From Spirochaetia bacterium (lineage in GTDB: Bacteria; Spirochaetota; Spirochaetia; WTKD01; G963693115): a stretch of 64,000 nucleotides of DNA. The stretch is from contig CBDDCA010000006.1 of assembly GCA_965226055.1 (NCBI GenBank), forward strand, positions 160,001 to 224,000, read 5' to 3'. Positions 31,689 to 42,821 of the stretch are shown piece after piece. Numbering within the stretch: position 1 is the stretch's first letter; every line of letters starts with the position of its first letter. The notes under the pieces are model-generated. The model saw nothing but the letters and a program-made list of their open reading frames with translations. It was not told the origin of the DNA and did no database searches. The translations under genes and the position numbers were made by a program.

Positions 31689-33296
31689 TCATACCCTTCT
31701 TTGTTTCATAAGTCCACCATATACGGGCAAACTTACTATAATACCAAGCCCAACTAATACTAAGGCTACCACACTTGCCTCAGCGAGCTGTTCATTGTTC
31801 ACTAAATTGTACACTTTTATCGCAAGAGTTTCAAAATTATAAGGCCGCAGTATATTCGCTATGGGAATATCCTTTATCATTTCAATAATAGTCAGCATAG
31901 TAGCAGTAAAAATAAATCCTTTGTTTATAGGAAGACATATCTTCCATAATGTCTTAATAGGCGATATTCCCATAGATCGTGATGCTTCTTCATATCGAAC
32001 ATTGGCAGTATGAAATCCTACATTTATAGGAGCAAGAGCAATGGGAATATAACGATATACACAAGCAAACACTAAGGCATATATGCCTCTACTTACAAAT
32101 AATGTAAATACTGCTACAGAAGGAAAAAGAGTATCTATCCAATGGATAATACTGAGTATAAGTATAACAATAACAACACTTGGTACTGCATATCCTATCG
32201 ATATAAGAGAAAAACTCGTTTTATATATACCTTTTCTCGTAAGTCTACTGGCATAACTTAAAAGCACACTAAGAGGTATTTGTATACACACCACTAGTAT
32301 ACACAGCAGTACAGTATTTAATAAAGGAGGGACTACTTTTGCTATTATAAAGGGAGAAAAGAGTACTGGGGCTGCCCACACAAAAAGCTGAATAACAGGA
32401 ATTACAAATCCTAGCATTACTGGTACTAAACAACATACCATAACAAAGATTCCTGTAGTAACAGGTAGCTGAGTAACACGTACTTGCATTGCTTTCATAG
32501 TATGAAACGCATGTTGCTTCTTTTCAATATAATTCTTGCATAATAGAAGAAATATCATACATACTACCACAATCAATGACAGTATTTTAGCTATACTCAT
32601 ATTTTGATAAAACAGGAGTACCCTTACTATTCCTGTTGATATAATCTCATACCCTAAGTATTGATAGGTCCACTGTTCATTTATAAGCTCCATAGCTACG
32701 AGCAAAGAAACACTCATAATACTTGTAAAAGAAAGGGGTATTCCAAGGGTAATAAATAGATTACTCCGTTTCTTATTCATAATTTTTGCACTATCAATTA
32801 AAGATTGTGGAAATTTAGTAAAAAAAATGTATTGTACAAGAAAAATAAACGGGTATACATTACAGGCAAGAACAAAGATAAGCACTACAAAAGAAGGCAA
32901 CGATGCCATTGTTTTTCCTAGTAAGGTGGTAGCACCAAATACATGAGTCATAAACCCATCATAAGAAAACGCATTGCGCCATGTTATCGCTCCAATATAG
33001 GAAGGCACAAGCAACGGAAATACCTGCAAAAAAATGATACATGTACGTGCAGGAAAACGATACATAGCACAGAGCCATGCTATTACGCTGCCTAAAAAAA
33101 TTACGCTACTTAACACTAATACAAGTATAAACAGAGTATTACGAAAATAGCGAGGAAATACTTGTTTCCTTAGAAACGAGAATAGCTGTATATCAAAATC
33201 ACGGGTATCAATGAAAACAACTAATACAGGGATAAGCACTAAACAGGCTACTGAAAAAAGTAATAGTTTCCAAACAACATATGAATTACCTTTCAT
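31689..33296 (-). CDS. fbpB: Fe3+ ABC transporter permease
   Basis: two permease halves, EEASRS.G, LRPYNFETLA. Confidence 0.85.
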   Translation of the reverse strand: MKGNSYVVWKLLLFSVACLVLIPVLVVFIDTRDFDIQLFSFLRKQVFPRYFRNTLFILVLVLSSVIFLGSVIAWLCAMYRFPARTCIIFLQVFPLLVPSYIGAITWRNAFSYDGFMTHVFGATTLLGKTMASLPSFVVLIFVLACNVYPFIFLVQYIFFTKFPQSLIDSAKIMNKKRSNLFITLGIPLSFTSIMSVSLLVAMELINEQWTYQYLGYEIISTGIVRVLLFYQNMSIAKILSLIVVVCMIFLLLCKNYIEKKQHAFHTMKAMQVRVTQLPVTTGIFVMVCCLVPVMLGFVIPVIQLFVWAAPVLFSPFIIAKVVPPLLNTVLLCILVVCIQIPLSVLLSYASRLTRKGIYKTSFSLISIGYAVPSVVIVILILSIIHWIDTLFPSVAVFTLFVSRGIYALVFACVYRYIPIALAPINVGFHTANVRYEEASRSMGISPIKTLWKICLPINKGFIFTATMLTIIEMIKDIPIANILRPYNFETLAIKVYNLVNNEQLAEASVVALVLVGLGIIVSLPVYGGLMKQRRV

Positions 33297-33353
33297 ATAT
33301 TATATAGTATAATCATTTTACTATTGCATAGTACACTATATGCATAATAACAA

Positions 33354-33385
33354 ATGTGCTACTAATACCTATATTAGTAGCACAT
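33354..33385. terminator. intergenic hairpin between fbpA and fbpB
   Basis: 14-bp inverted repeat atgtgctactaata / tattagtagcacat. Confidence 0.55.
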
Positions 33386-33417
33386 ATATTACCATATATT
33401 ATAATAGACAGAAAAGA

Positions 33418-34485
33418 CTAATTCCATCCATTAGCATCTGCAATTTTTGCAGCTTCTCCAGAAAAGTCTTGGTATACATTCAAATCTGTCAACTGTGGAG
33501 AGAGTTTTAAGTCACCCCAAGAGCGTAATAGCTCAGATGCTTCTACATCATTTACCGCAGGATATTCCCCATTTTCATTTGTCAACTTACTTTGTGAGTT
33601 TTGTGCTAAATAATGACTAATAAATGCTTCTGCTGCTTCTCTATTTTTAGAGTATTTACCTATTGCCATTGCTGAAACATTTACATGAGTATTGTCAGGA
33701 AGAATTATCCCTATTCTTTCTCCTACTTTCCTATCTGCTTCTACATCTGATTGTAATAATAAGTGTACATAGTAGGTATTTACTAATGCTATTTCTCCTT
33801 CTCCTGCTATAATAGCACGCATTTGATCTCTGTCATTTCCCTGTGGCGTACGTGCTAAATGCTCTGAAAAGCCTCTTACCCATGTTGCTGCTTGCTGTTC
33901 TCCCAACATACTTATCATGTATGCAATAAATGCATTATTATAAGGATGTGTCGCACTTCGTGTCAATACAGAAGGAGCATCAGGCTGTGCTAACTCATTA
34001 TATGTTTGCAGCGGTGTATTACCAACTTTAGGCATCGAATTTTGCTTATCATATGCGATAGCTCTTGCTCGTACAGTAACAGCGACCCAATGAGAATCTC
34101 TATACAGAGGATCTACTCTATCCGCAATCATGTTACTTTCAGTAAAGCTGGAAATGTCAGCAAGCAAACCGCTATTTTTTGCTTGTGATACCTTTGTTAT
34201 TTCAGGGAGAAAGAGGATATCCATATCAGTATCCTGCCCTTCCTGTTCTAAACGAAGTACTAGCTCGTTTGCTTTCCCATCAATAACATTCACTTTGATG
34301 TTCGTTTTACTTGTAAACTCATCAAACAAAACATAATCTATATCATAATGTCTGCTAGTATAGACATTTACCACTTTTTGTGTGTCTGAATTTTTATCGG
34401 CATTTGAACTAGAATCGCTAGAACCTCCTGCCCATGCAAACACCACACTAGAAAATAAAAGAACAAAAAATACGAAATTTCGCAT
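33418..34485 (-). CDS. fbpA: Fe3+ ABC transporter substrate-binding protein (FbpA/FutA)
   Basis: VNVYTSRHY, GNDRDQ, NTYY iron-ligand motif, N.EYP. Confidence 0.9.
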   Translation of the reverse strand: MRNFVFFVLLFSSVVFAWAGGSSDSSSNADKNSDTQKVVNVYTSRHYDIDYVLFDEFTSKTNIKVNVIDGKANELVLRLEQEGQDTDMDILFLPEITKVSQAKNSGLLADISSFTESNMIADRVDPLYRDSHWVAVTVRARAIAYDKQNSMPKVGNTPLQTYNELAQPDAPSVLTRSATHPYNNAFIAYMISMLGEQQAATWVRGFSEHLARTPQGNDRDQMRAIIAGEGEIALVNTYYVHLLLQSDVEADRKVGERIGIILPDNTHVNVSAMAIGKYSKNREAAEAFISHYLAQNSQSKLTNENGEYPAVNDVEASELLRSWGDLKLSPQLTDLNVYQDFSGEAAKIADANGWN

Positions 34486-34877
34486 ATTAACCTCTCTTTT
34501 TTATTGTATTTTATCTTTATATTATATCAATTTTTATTAAGTGTCAATAAAAAATAAGCAAAAATTAAAAAAAAGTAAAATATTGCATATATAATTAGCA
34601 TTATTAGTGTTATTAAAGGAATACTACTTACATATACTACTATAAAGTTAATAAATAAACTAAAATATGTATTAAAATAATAATTTTAAGCATACCATGC
34701 ACGACTCTAAAAATCAATACGAGTAATGCAATCTTATGGATCCAAGAGACAATATTTCTATTGCTTTTTTATCTGTGCATTCAAGTATTACTGCAACAAA
34801 AGAGAAAAAAGAACAAAAAATACTACGCATAAGAACAGTTTGCCTCCCTTCTTATGCGTTTTTATGTACTGCGAATC

Positions 34878-35285
34878 TTATTTAGTCTTTTTGTATTCTC
34901 TAGAGAATCCATCTTTAAGCAGTACATTTTCTGTTATTGTATTATTCTGAGTTTTTGAAAATCGGACATTGAGTTTTTCATTTTTACATGTTCCTCTGAC
35001 TTCATATTTTGATAGGGTGCTGCTATCATCTGATATTTCAGTACAATCTTGCAACATATTTACTATAACTGCCTTATTGGGAACATCCGCAATCACATTG
35101 TCGTTTTTAAATTGTATGCGTATTGTTATTCTCTTAGTGCTATCATAGTGTTCCCATATTCCTTGTATCCATGTTGGCGGGCTGATCCCTTCTTTGGTAT
35201 TATTGGTACTTGCAGTACTGGTACTTGTTTGTTCACACCCTACTATAAATAACAGTAATGTAAAGAATAGATATACATATTTCAT
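34878..35285 (-). CDS. hypothetical lipoprotein
   Basis: lipobox IVGC; SPPTWIQGIW motif shared with 21583-22392. Confidence 0.7.
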   Translation of the reverse strand: MKYVYLFFTLLLFIVGCEQTSTSTASTNNTKEGISPPTWIQGIWEHYDSTKRITIRIQFKNDNVIADVPNKAVIVNMLQDCTEISDDSSTLSKYEVRGTCKNEKLNVRFSKTQNNTITENVLLKDGFSREYKKTK

Positions 35286-35310
35286 ATAATGCCTCCTTTT
35301 ATTTACTATG

Positions 35311-38300
35311 TTACTTATTTTTGAATAATATATCTACCTCTACTGACCTATCTGCTACTACTACGATAGTTGCATTATCTCCAAGTATTTTAGGATAAGT
35401 AACAGCACTGTGATTTTCAATAATATCCCTAATGAAATTATTCATATTTTTCCCTCCACTTATTTTTTGAGTTGGATGAACAGTAGGAATAGAATAGATA
35501 TTCTCTTTTGACAATCCATTTCTTTGGACAAGACAAAAAGGTGGAGAGGTGTAGGTATCCAATCCTAAATCAAATATGTAGGCATACGAATACCAAATAA
35601 CATTTCCTGAATAATCAAAACGCATGTTAGAATACTTATTTCTAAATTTCTGATAGAGATTTTTCTGGATAGTATGTTGTACATTGGTGCGATTTACTGT
35701 ATATTTTGCTTGATACTGTATGGCGTCATTGTCGCTATCATCGTCATCAGCATAGCATAGCGAAATAAGTTTCAATCTTGTAAAGACTTCCTGATGGATA
35801 TACATATCACTCATATTTTGAGTAGTATTGATCAAAGCAGTATCAGTATACGATTGAATGTCCTGTAATGCGGTAATAGTTACTGTAGCAGTTCGTTCAT
35901 CAGTAACAGAATCTGTTGAATAGTGTACTGATGAAACAAAAGTATCCTGTAGCATATCAGTATAATCTGCATCACGAAGATAATTACGAAACGGATCTTC
36001 TCCTGCACTATAGATTGTCGTTCCCCAAAATTTCCAAGACTTCATCAGTCTTACTAAATGAGAAACATATATATCAAACTGTATGGTATATCCATTGTTT
36101 TGTATAGCAAGCGTACCAAGTTTTACAGTGCTAGTGTTTTCTGTGGTAGTATGAAAATCATTATAGTCGACAGCTATATTTAACATATCGCCACTACGGG
36201 TTGCAGTAAATGTAGAGGGTCGTGTAGCCTCTTTTGTGAAAGTATAACTTTCTATGGCATCAGTATCAAAGTAAAGCTTAAGATCAGTGCTTTGTACAAA
36301 TGCTCGAAAGGTATCAGATTCTCGATACTGTGTTACGAGCACATAGGTATCAATACGTTTTCTTTCTATATCATAGGCAGGGATGTACTTACAACCCCCT
36401 TTTACGCGTTTTTTATATTTAGCAGTATACCCTGAAGGAAGAGTACCATCGTCATATATATCAAGACATATTTTGTTTGGCATGGGTAACTTTTTAGGAG
36501 TTACTGTTACTTGATTTGTTCCTATAGAATCTTTTGAACGTACGGTAAAGGTATGCGGAATAGTAGCATACTTATGTGCATTATCAACACTTCCTTCAGC
36601 AATAGTTTCAAAAGTAAACCGCAGAGGCTTTGCTATAAAATACTTATATTCTGCAGGTAAAAGATACAGCTCATAATTGTTTGTATCTTTTTTTTTTATT
36701 ATTTTATTAAAATGCGAGACATCTATACTGCTACTAAGAGATGTAGGCTTGAAATGACTAAAATACAATGATTTTATTTTTGCAATAGAATCATATGTCG
36801 TGGTTACTGTTACGGTATATGTTTTTGTATAAGTCCCGCTTTCGCTGGTTACGGTATACTGTATATCCTTTGACACATCAATAGGAGTTACTGCAATAGG
36901 AGTAACACTTGCTCCATCACTGAGCGTAATAGTGGGAATAAATATCGTACTTGCTTGATATGTATTATAGCGAACTGCAAAGGTAATGATCCCTTTTGTA
37001 TGATCAACGATTCCTTGTACATCACTTACTTCTTCTTTCATATGACTATTTTTTGTTTTTTCCAATACAAACGATTGTATTTGAGCTTCATTTGATTTTA
37101 TCAATGTTATTTGCACAGTATAGGTTTTGGTATTTCCATCAAAATCAGTTATGATGATTTGTTGACTCTGGTTCTCATCTAATGTAAGTCCTTTTGTAAG
37201 ATCAGGAACAAGTGTTTTATAATTTCCAAGCAAAGTAGGAATAAGTGCTAATTCCTTTTTTGTACTGTCATAAACTTTATTGTATATACTTGTAGGAAGA
37301 GCTATGGTGATAGTGTTGGTTTTTTGATCTACTACTCCCTTGTAGGCAAGAGGAAGCACAGGATTTTTTGCTACTTCAAATTCAAATGTTTGTATAACAG
37401 TACTATCTATACTGCTTGGGATATCCTCAGCAATACGAGTGCTTACTTTATAACTTTGACTGTAATCTCCTTTTTTTAAAGTATAAAAAATAGGCTTTCC
37501 AAAATCACGTTTTAGTCCAGTATCAGGAGTGAGTGTTCCTCCATGTACAGTAGTGATAGTAGGAACAAATTCTTTTGAAGTGCTTACTGTAGCTTGTTTT
37601 ACTAAGAGTACTATTTCGTTAGTGATGCTGTTGATAATACCCTCTATATCCTCACTTTCTACAATATGAGCATTGTTCTTTTTTTCAAAGATAAATGAAT
37701 TTATATAGGGTTGCTTAGCAGTGACAGAACGAGATTGTATAACTACTTGTACCTCATATATATGATCTACTCCATTTTTTGTGAGTGTATAGAATACAGG
37801 ATGTGTAAAATCTTTTGCTGTTCCACTTGCTATATTTGATGTTACTCCTTTTGGAAGCGTAAAGGTAGGCGTAAACACAGGGCTTGTGGCAAAGGTATCA
37901 GATTGAACTATCAGCGTTACTTTTTTTCTCGTGGTATCAACGATACCTATAGCATCACTGAGTTCTTGTTCTCCCATATGAACATTGTTTTTCTTTAAGA
38001 AACGAAATGTTTCAAAGGTAGCTATATTACTTCTCACAACAGAAGGAGCACTAATGACTACTTCGACACTGTATGCTACACTATTATTATTTTGTGTAAG
38101 TGTGTACAACACAGGCTGTGAAAAATTTTGTGGAGTATTATTTTTTTTATTTGATACCATATTTGATGGTAATACAAAGGTGGGAGTAAACACACTATTT
38201 GCATCAAAAGTGACTTGGCTTACTATGAGGAGTATTTTTTTATTAGTCGTATCAATAATGCCTTCTATATCGGTGGCTTCTGTAATATGAGCATTTTTGC

Positions 38301-39078
38301 TTTTTTCAAATGTAAAGCGAGTAAAAGAAATAATTGACTTATCCTGTATCTTAGGGATACTATCTTTTATGACTACGATGTCAGTGGTATAACTTATACT
38401 GTCATTTTCTTTTGATAAGTTATAGGTAATAGGAACCTTAAAATCTTGCAACACTTTTACTTTTGGCGTCACTTCTACTCCTTTTGGTACAGTAAAAGCA
38501 GGAACAAGCTGTGTTGTTTTTGTGAGAACACTGTGAGGTACTGGCAAAACAATACGATGCTGTGCAGTATCTATAATGCCAGTAATATCTTTTGTAAGCA
38601 CAGGATTATCTTTGCGAAAAAAAGCAAACGATGTAAATTGTAAGCCATCCTTGTGCAACAACAAGCCTTCTGATTGTATGACATATTCTACTGTATACAC
38701 TACCGTTTCACCATCACGGGTAAGAATAAATTTTTCATCTGTTATATCTATTTTTGTATTATTTTGAGGAACAACAATAACATCATTACCCACAGTAAAT
38801 TGCACTATATATTCGGTAGTTTTGCGTACTGATTCATGATCCATAATAAGCAAAATGCGCTTCTTATCTATATCAATAAGCCCTTTCACTGCTTTCTGTA
38901 ATGTACTGTTCTGCTCTTGAGGCAGCACAAAACTTTGAAATGCAAGAGGAGCAAGCTCAGGAACATCAGAGCCTGTACTTGATGAGCTTTCTGTATCTTC
39001 AAACATCTCAGAACAATCTAATGAGATGAAAGATACAAAAAGAACGCATGGAAATAGTAAAAAAAATATATGTTTCAT
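35311..39078 (-). CDS. large surface protein with about 7 Ig-like (DUF5018-like) repeats
   Basis: signal peptide with Cys; ~100-aa repeats F.F.K.KN...GIID...I.L.V...PTF......DF..PV.YTL. Confidence 0.75.
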   Translation of the reverse strand: MKHIFFLLFPCVLFVSFISLDCSEMFEDTESSSSTGSDVPELAPLAFQSFVLPQEQNSTLQKAVKGLIDIDKKRILLIMDHESVRKTTEYIVQFTVGNDVIVVPQNNTKIDITDEKFILTRDGETVVYTVEYVIQSEGLLLHKDGLQFTSFAFFRKDNPVLTKDITGIIDTAQHRIVLPVPHSVLTKTTQLVPAFTVPKGVEVTPKVKVLQDFKVPITYNLSKENDSISYTTDIVVIKDSIPKIQDKSIISFTRFTFEKSKNAHITEATDIEGIIDTTNKKILLIVSQVTFDANSVFTPTFVLPSNMVSNKKNNTPQNFSQPVLYTLTQNNNSVAYSVEVVISAPSVVRSNIATFETFRFLKKNNVHMGEQELSDAIGIVDTTRKKVTLIVQSDTFATSPVFTPTFTLPKGVTSNIASGTAKDFTHPVFYTLTKNGVDHIYEVQVVIQSRSVTAKQPYINSFIFEKKNNAHIVESEDIEGIINSITNEIVLLVKQATVSTSKEFVPTITTVHGGTLTPDTGLKRDFGKPIFYTLKKGDYSQSYKVSTRIAEDIPSSIDSTVIQTFEFEVAKNPVLPLAYKGVVDQKTNTITIALPTSIYNKVYDSTKKELALIPTLLGNYKTLVPDLTKGLTLDENQSQQIIITDFDGNTKTYTVQITLIKSNEAQIQSFVLEKTKNSHMKEEVSDVQGIVDHTKGIITFAVRYNTYQASTIFIPTITLSDGASVTPIAVTPIDVSKDIQYTVTSESGTYTKTYTVTVTTTYDSIAKIKSLYFSHFKPTSLSSSIDVSHFNKIIKKKDTNNYELYLLPAEYKYFIAKPLRFTFETIAEGSVDNAHKYATIPHTFTVRSKDSIGTNQVTVTPKKLPMPNKICLDIYDDGTLPSGYTAKYKKRVKGGCKYIPAYDIERKRIDTYVLVTQYRESDTFRAFVQSTDLKLYFDTDAIESYTFTKEATRPSTFTATRSGDMLNIAVDYNDFHTTTENTSTVKLGTLAIQNNGYTIQFDIYVSHLVRLMKSWKFWGTTIYSAGEDPFRNYLRDADYTDMLQDTFVSSVHYSTDSVTDERTATVTITALQDIQSYTDTALINTTQNMSDMYIHQEVFTRLKLISLCYADDDDSDNDAIQYQAKYTVNRTNVQHTIQKNLYQKFRNKYSNMRFDYSGNVIWYSYAYIFDLGLDTYTSPPFCLVQRNGLSKENIYSIPTVHPTQKISGGKNMNNFIRDIIENHSAVTYPKILGDNATIVVVADRSVEVDILFKNK

Positions 39079-39237
39079 TATGACCTCCGTATATATTATG
39101 CCTCTAAAGACTCAATACATTTCATATTGATTGAACAAAATAGCACATGTTTCATATTATCTTTTGTGATATACTATAAGAGTATTCAATAACAAGAATA
39201 TGGTATTTGTTATACTATACAGATAGGAGGATACATA

Positions 39238-39930
39238 ATGAAATTAAAAAACATATTTTTTGTACTTATGAGTACATCATTGTTTTTGTATTCGTGTTCA
39301 GTAGGAGACGCAAGCTCCTCTGTTACAAAAGACTGCATATCAACCCCTACAGTAGGAAGAGCCGAATATTCCATAACATTTAATGCTACATGGAGTAAAG
39401 CAAGCCATCCTAGAGAATTTCCATCAAATCCACATTTTTCTCCCATTGTAGGAATGGTGCATAATGATTCCACTTCTTTATTTGAGACAGGCACAAAAGC
39501 CAGTGCAGGAATAAAAAGCATGGCAGAAACAGGAAACGCATCTGCCCTTGTAGAAGAAATAAGCAAAAAAATAAAAGCAAAAACTGCCCAAGAATCTTTT
39601 ATAGGAAAAGGAATACCATCATCACCGGGAACAACGAGTATCATATGTTCAGTGCAACCCTCCTTTCCTCTTGTCAGTATAGCATCTATGATAGCCCCCA
39701 GTCCTGATTGGTTTGTAAGCGTAAGAAATGTAAATCTTTTTGAAAATGGAGCATGGGTAGACAGGAAAGAAGTGCATGTAAGAGTCTATGATGCAGGAAC
39801 CGAAGCAGGAAATACCTTTAAGTTTGATAATCCTTCTGAAGATGGAACTATACATAGAATTACTACAGCGCCATTAGCAACAAACGGAGTAATACCTTCT
39901 ATGGGAACATTTACCTTTGTCAAAAGATAA
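39238..39930 (+). CDS. Spondin_N domain lipoprotein
   Basis: lipobox LYSC; YSITFNATWS, HFSP, MAETG, SMIAPSPDWFV, YDAGT. Confidence 0.88.
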   Translation: MKLKNIFFVLMSTSLFLYSCSVGDASSSVTKDCISTPTVGRAEYSITFNATWSKASHPREFPSNPHFSPIVGMVHNDSTSLFETGTKASAGIKSMAETGNASALVEEISKKIKAKTAQESFIGKGIPSSPGTTSIICSVQPSFPLVSIASMIAPSPDWFVSVRNVNLFENGAWVDRKEVHVRVYDAGTEAGNTFKFDNPSEDGTIHRITTAPLATNGVIPSMGTFTFVKR

Positions 39931-40021
39931 GTACCCAAAAAAGATGAAATTTCAAGCAGGACAAAGGAGTAAAAAAGAGCAAAAAAAATAACAACAAACA
40001 TATTTATTTGTAGGAGGTAAT

Positions 40022-41029
40022 ATGAAAAAAATTAGTATACTTTTTTTATACACAATAACAGTATGCACTGTGGTATTTGCTGGGGGACAAGATGAGGGAA
40101 GCCCTACTGTATTCAAAATAGCTGCAGGACTCCCTGACACACATTTTGAAATTGCAGCACTTCGTCTCTTTGAACAATACATTGAAGAGAAAACAGAAAA
40201 TGCAATAGATGTACAGATCTTTCCTAACAATCAATTAGGAGATGACAAAGAGGCAATAGAACTTATACAGCAAGGGGTAGTGCAAATGAATCCTACAGGT
40301 ACTTCTGCACTCTCTAATTTTGAAAAAAGCTTTAATTTATTGTCCACTCCCTATCTTTTTAAGGGACAACAAGATGTTGACAGACTACTGGAAGGAAAAT
40401 TTGGACAAGAACTATTAAAAACACTAGAAGCATCAAATCTTATTGGCTTAGGTTTCGGAGTATTAGGATTCACCAATATTTCTAACAGCAGAGCCCCTAT
40501 TAACACAGTGGAAGACATAAAAGGACTAAAATTAAGAACCGTTCAGAATGCTTTTTTACTAGATTTTTTCAAAGCAGTCGGAGCTAACCCAGTCCCTATG
40601 TCATTTACAGAGCTATTTTCAGCTATGCAACAAGGAGTGGTAGATGGGCAGTTTAATCCCCTTACTACTATTCTCACTAATAACTTTCAAGAAGTACAAC
40701 CATATATTTCTCTTACAACTGATATAGCAGCACTCGTAGTGTTCACTATGAGTAAAAGTTATTTTGAAAGCCTTAGTACAGAATACCAACAATTTATACG
40801 TGAAGGTGTTGCTATTGCATCCGAACACATGAAAGAGCAATGGCAAAATCAAGAGCAAAATTCCTATGAAAAGTTAGTTGCAAGTGGAAAAACAAGTATA
40901 AACGAAGTATCAGATAACACAAAACAAGCGTTATTTCTAAAAGGATATGATGTGATAGAGAACTATGGAAATAAGAGCAATCCACAATTATTTTCATTGT
41001 TAAAAGAAGAAATGGGAATACAAGAGTAA
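40022..41029 (+). CDS. dctP: TRAP transporter substrate-binding protein
   Basis: FPNNQLG, DIKGLKLRT, PMSFTELFSAMQQGVVDGQ.NP. Confidence 0.92.
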   Translation: MKKISILFLYTITVCTVVFAGGQDEGSPTVFKIAAGLPDTHFEIAALRLFEQYIEEKTENAIDVQIFPNNQLGDDKEAIELIQQGVVQMNPTGTSALSNFEKSFNLLSTPYLFKGQQDVDRLLEGKFGQELLKTLEASNLIGLGFGVLGFTNISNSRAPINTVEDIKGLKLRTVQNAFLLDFFKAVGANPVPMSFTELFSAMQQGVVDGQFNPLTTILTNNFQEVQPYISLTTDIAALVVFTMSKSYFESLSTEYQQFIREGVAIASEHMKEQWQNQEQNSYEKLVASGKTSINEVSDNTKQALFLKGYDVIENYGNKSNPQLFSLLKEEMGIQE

Positions 41030-41047
41030 TAGTTACTATATATTTAC

Positions 41048-41521
41048 ATGACAATAAAAAAGATAGATGATGTACTAGTAGTAATACTGCTTATCAATTT
41101 AACAGTTATCACTTTCTTGCAGGTTCTCTTCCGATTTGTATTTCAAGCGCCTCTTGATTGGTCAGAAGAAGTGTCTCGCTTTACTTTTATCTTTTTAGTA
41201 TATCTCGCTTCTACTATCACTATACGAGATAAAGTAACGATACGTATTGAGTTTATTGATACTTTCTTACAAAAGAGAAAACAGCTAGCATACATACATA
41301 ATATTTTTATCAATGGTATCTGTACCTTGTTTTTATTCTTTATGGCTTATCTGTGTATATCTTTAGTAAAGAACGCTTTTTTTGTAAAACAAGTATCTCC
41401 TGCATTAGGGCTTCCTATGTGGATACTCTATTTTCTCCAAGGAAGTTTGTTTGCATTAAGCGGAATACAGTATAGTATTATTCTTATGTCCACATTACAA
41501 AAAAAATCTACAAAGGCATAA
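41048..41521 (+). CDS. dctQ: TRAP transporter small permease
   Basis: QV.FRF...W.EE.SR, SPALG.PM. Confidence 0.9.
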   Translation: MTIKKIDDVLVVILLINLTVITFLQVLFRFVFQAPLDWSEEVSRFTFIFLVYLASTITIRDKVTIRIEFIDTFLQKRKQLAYIHNIFINGICTLFLFFMAYLCISLVKNAFFVKQVSPALGLPMWILYFLQGSLFALSGIQYSIILMSTLQKKSTKA

Positions 41522-41522
41522 T

Positions 41523-42806
41523 ATGATTCCGCTTATTATACTATTTTTGTTTATCATACTTACTATCATTGGGTTTCCTCTTGTATACGCATTGGGAATA
41601 GCAACAGTGATATATACTTTCATTGAAGGCATACCTCTTTCCATTGTAGTACAGACTGCTTTCACCAGCTTAGATAACTTTTCTTATGTAGCTGTGCCGT
41701 TATTTATATTTGTCGGTAACCTTATGGATACAGGCGGTCTCTCTAGGCGTTTGATACGATTTTCTACCAGCATACTCTTAAAGATACCAGGAAGTGTGGG
41801 AGCAATAACAGTACTTTCATGCACATTTTTTGGCGCTATCAGTGGTTCAGCAAGTGCTACTACCGCTGCTATAGGGGGAATGATGATTCCCGAAATGAAT
41901 AAAAAACAGTACCCTCCCGGATATTCAGGAGCATTAGCTGCCACAGCAGGAACTCTCGGAGCAATGATTCCTCCCTCTATTGTTATGATTATCTATGCAG
42001 TAGTTGCCGAAGTGTCTGTTACCGATATGTTTATAGCAGGATTTATCCCTGGAATTTTGATTGCTATTGCTTTAATAGTATTCAACATATTGTATGCTCT
42101 TATAAAAAAAATAGATATACCCCACACAAAAGAAAAGTTCTCTATAAAAAATATTACAAGTGCATTTTGGGATGCAAAGTGGGCTCTGTTATCTCCTGTC
42201 ATAATTCTTGGAGGCATCTACTCAGGAGTGTTTACTGCTACAGAAGCAGCGGTTATTGCTACTATATATTCAATACTCGTAGGAATGTTTATTCACAAAG
42301 AAATTACCATACACGATTGTAAGCACATACTCATCAAAACATGTAAAACTATAGGAAAGGTTATTATTATTGTACCATTTGCATCCACTCTTGCAAGACT
42401 GTTGACACTCAATCAAGTTCCTCAACAAATAGGAAATATGGTATTATCCATAACACAAAACCCGAGTATAATATTACTCATTGTAGTATTGCTGGTATTC
42501 CTATCAGGCATGTTTTTAGATGCTACACCAATTATTTTGATATACACTCCTTTATTTCTTCCTGTTCTCAAAAATATGGGAGTATCTCCTATTCATTTTG
42601 GTATAATTATAACTATGGGAGCAATGATAGGTGCAGTAACACCGCCAGTAGGAATAAATCTCTTTGTAGCACAAGGTATCGCAAAAGTGAGTTCATTAGA
42701 TATTATGAAACATGCAGTATTATTTATAGTAGTGTTCATACTACTGTATATTGTTATCACGTTAATCCCTTGGTTTTCTCTTGTATTATTATCATTTATG
42801 CGATAA
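41523..42806 (+). CDS. dctM: TRAP transporter large permease
   Basis: AVPLFI..G.LM, ISGS..A, MIPPS, TPPVG.NLF. Confidence 0.92.
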   Translation: MIPLIILFLFIILTIIGFPLVYALGIATVIYTFIEGIPLSIVVQTAFTSLDNFSYVAVPLFIFVGNLMDTGGLSRRLIRFSTSILLKIPGSVGAITVLSCTFFGAISGSASATTAAIGGMMIPEMNKKQYPPGYSGALAATAGTLGAMIPPSIVMIIYAVVAEVSVTDMFIAGFIPGILIAIALIVFNILYALIKKIDIPHTKEKFSIKNITSAFWDAKWALLSPVIILGGIYSGVFTATEAAVIATIYSILVGMFIHKEITIHDCKHILIKTCKTIGKVIIIVPFASTLARLLTLNQVPQQIGNMVLSITQNPSIILLIVVLLVFLSGMFLDATPIILIYTPLFLPVLKNMGVSPIHFGIIITMGAMIGAVTPPVGINLFVAQGIAKVSSLDIMKHAVLFIVVFILLYIVITLIPWFSLVLLSFMR

Positions 42807-42821
42807 TACAAAAAGGAGCAT

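Noticed and set aside
34521-34529. attatatca match to the CRISPR repeat end upstream of fbpA
   Set aside because: Only a generic extended -10 motif; flanks do not match the repeat
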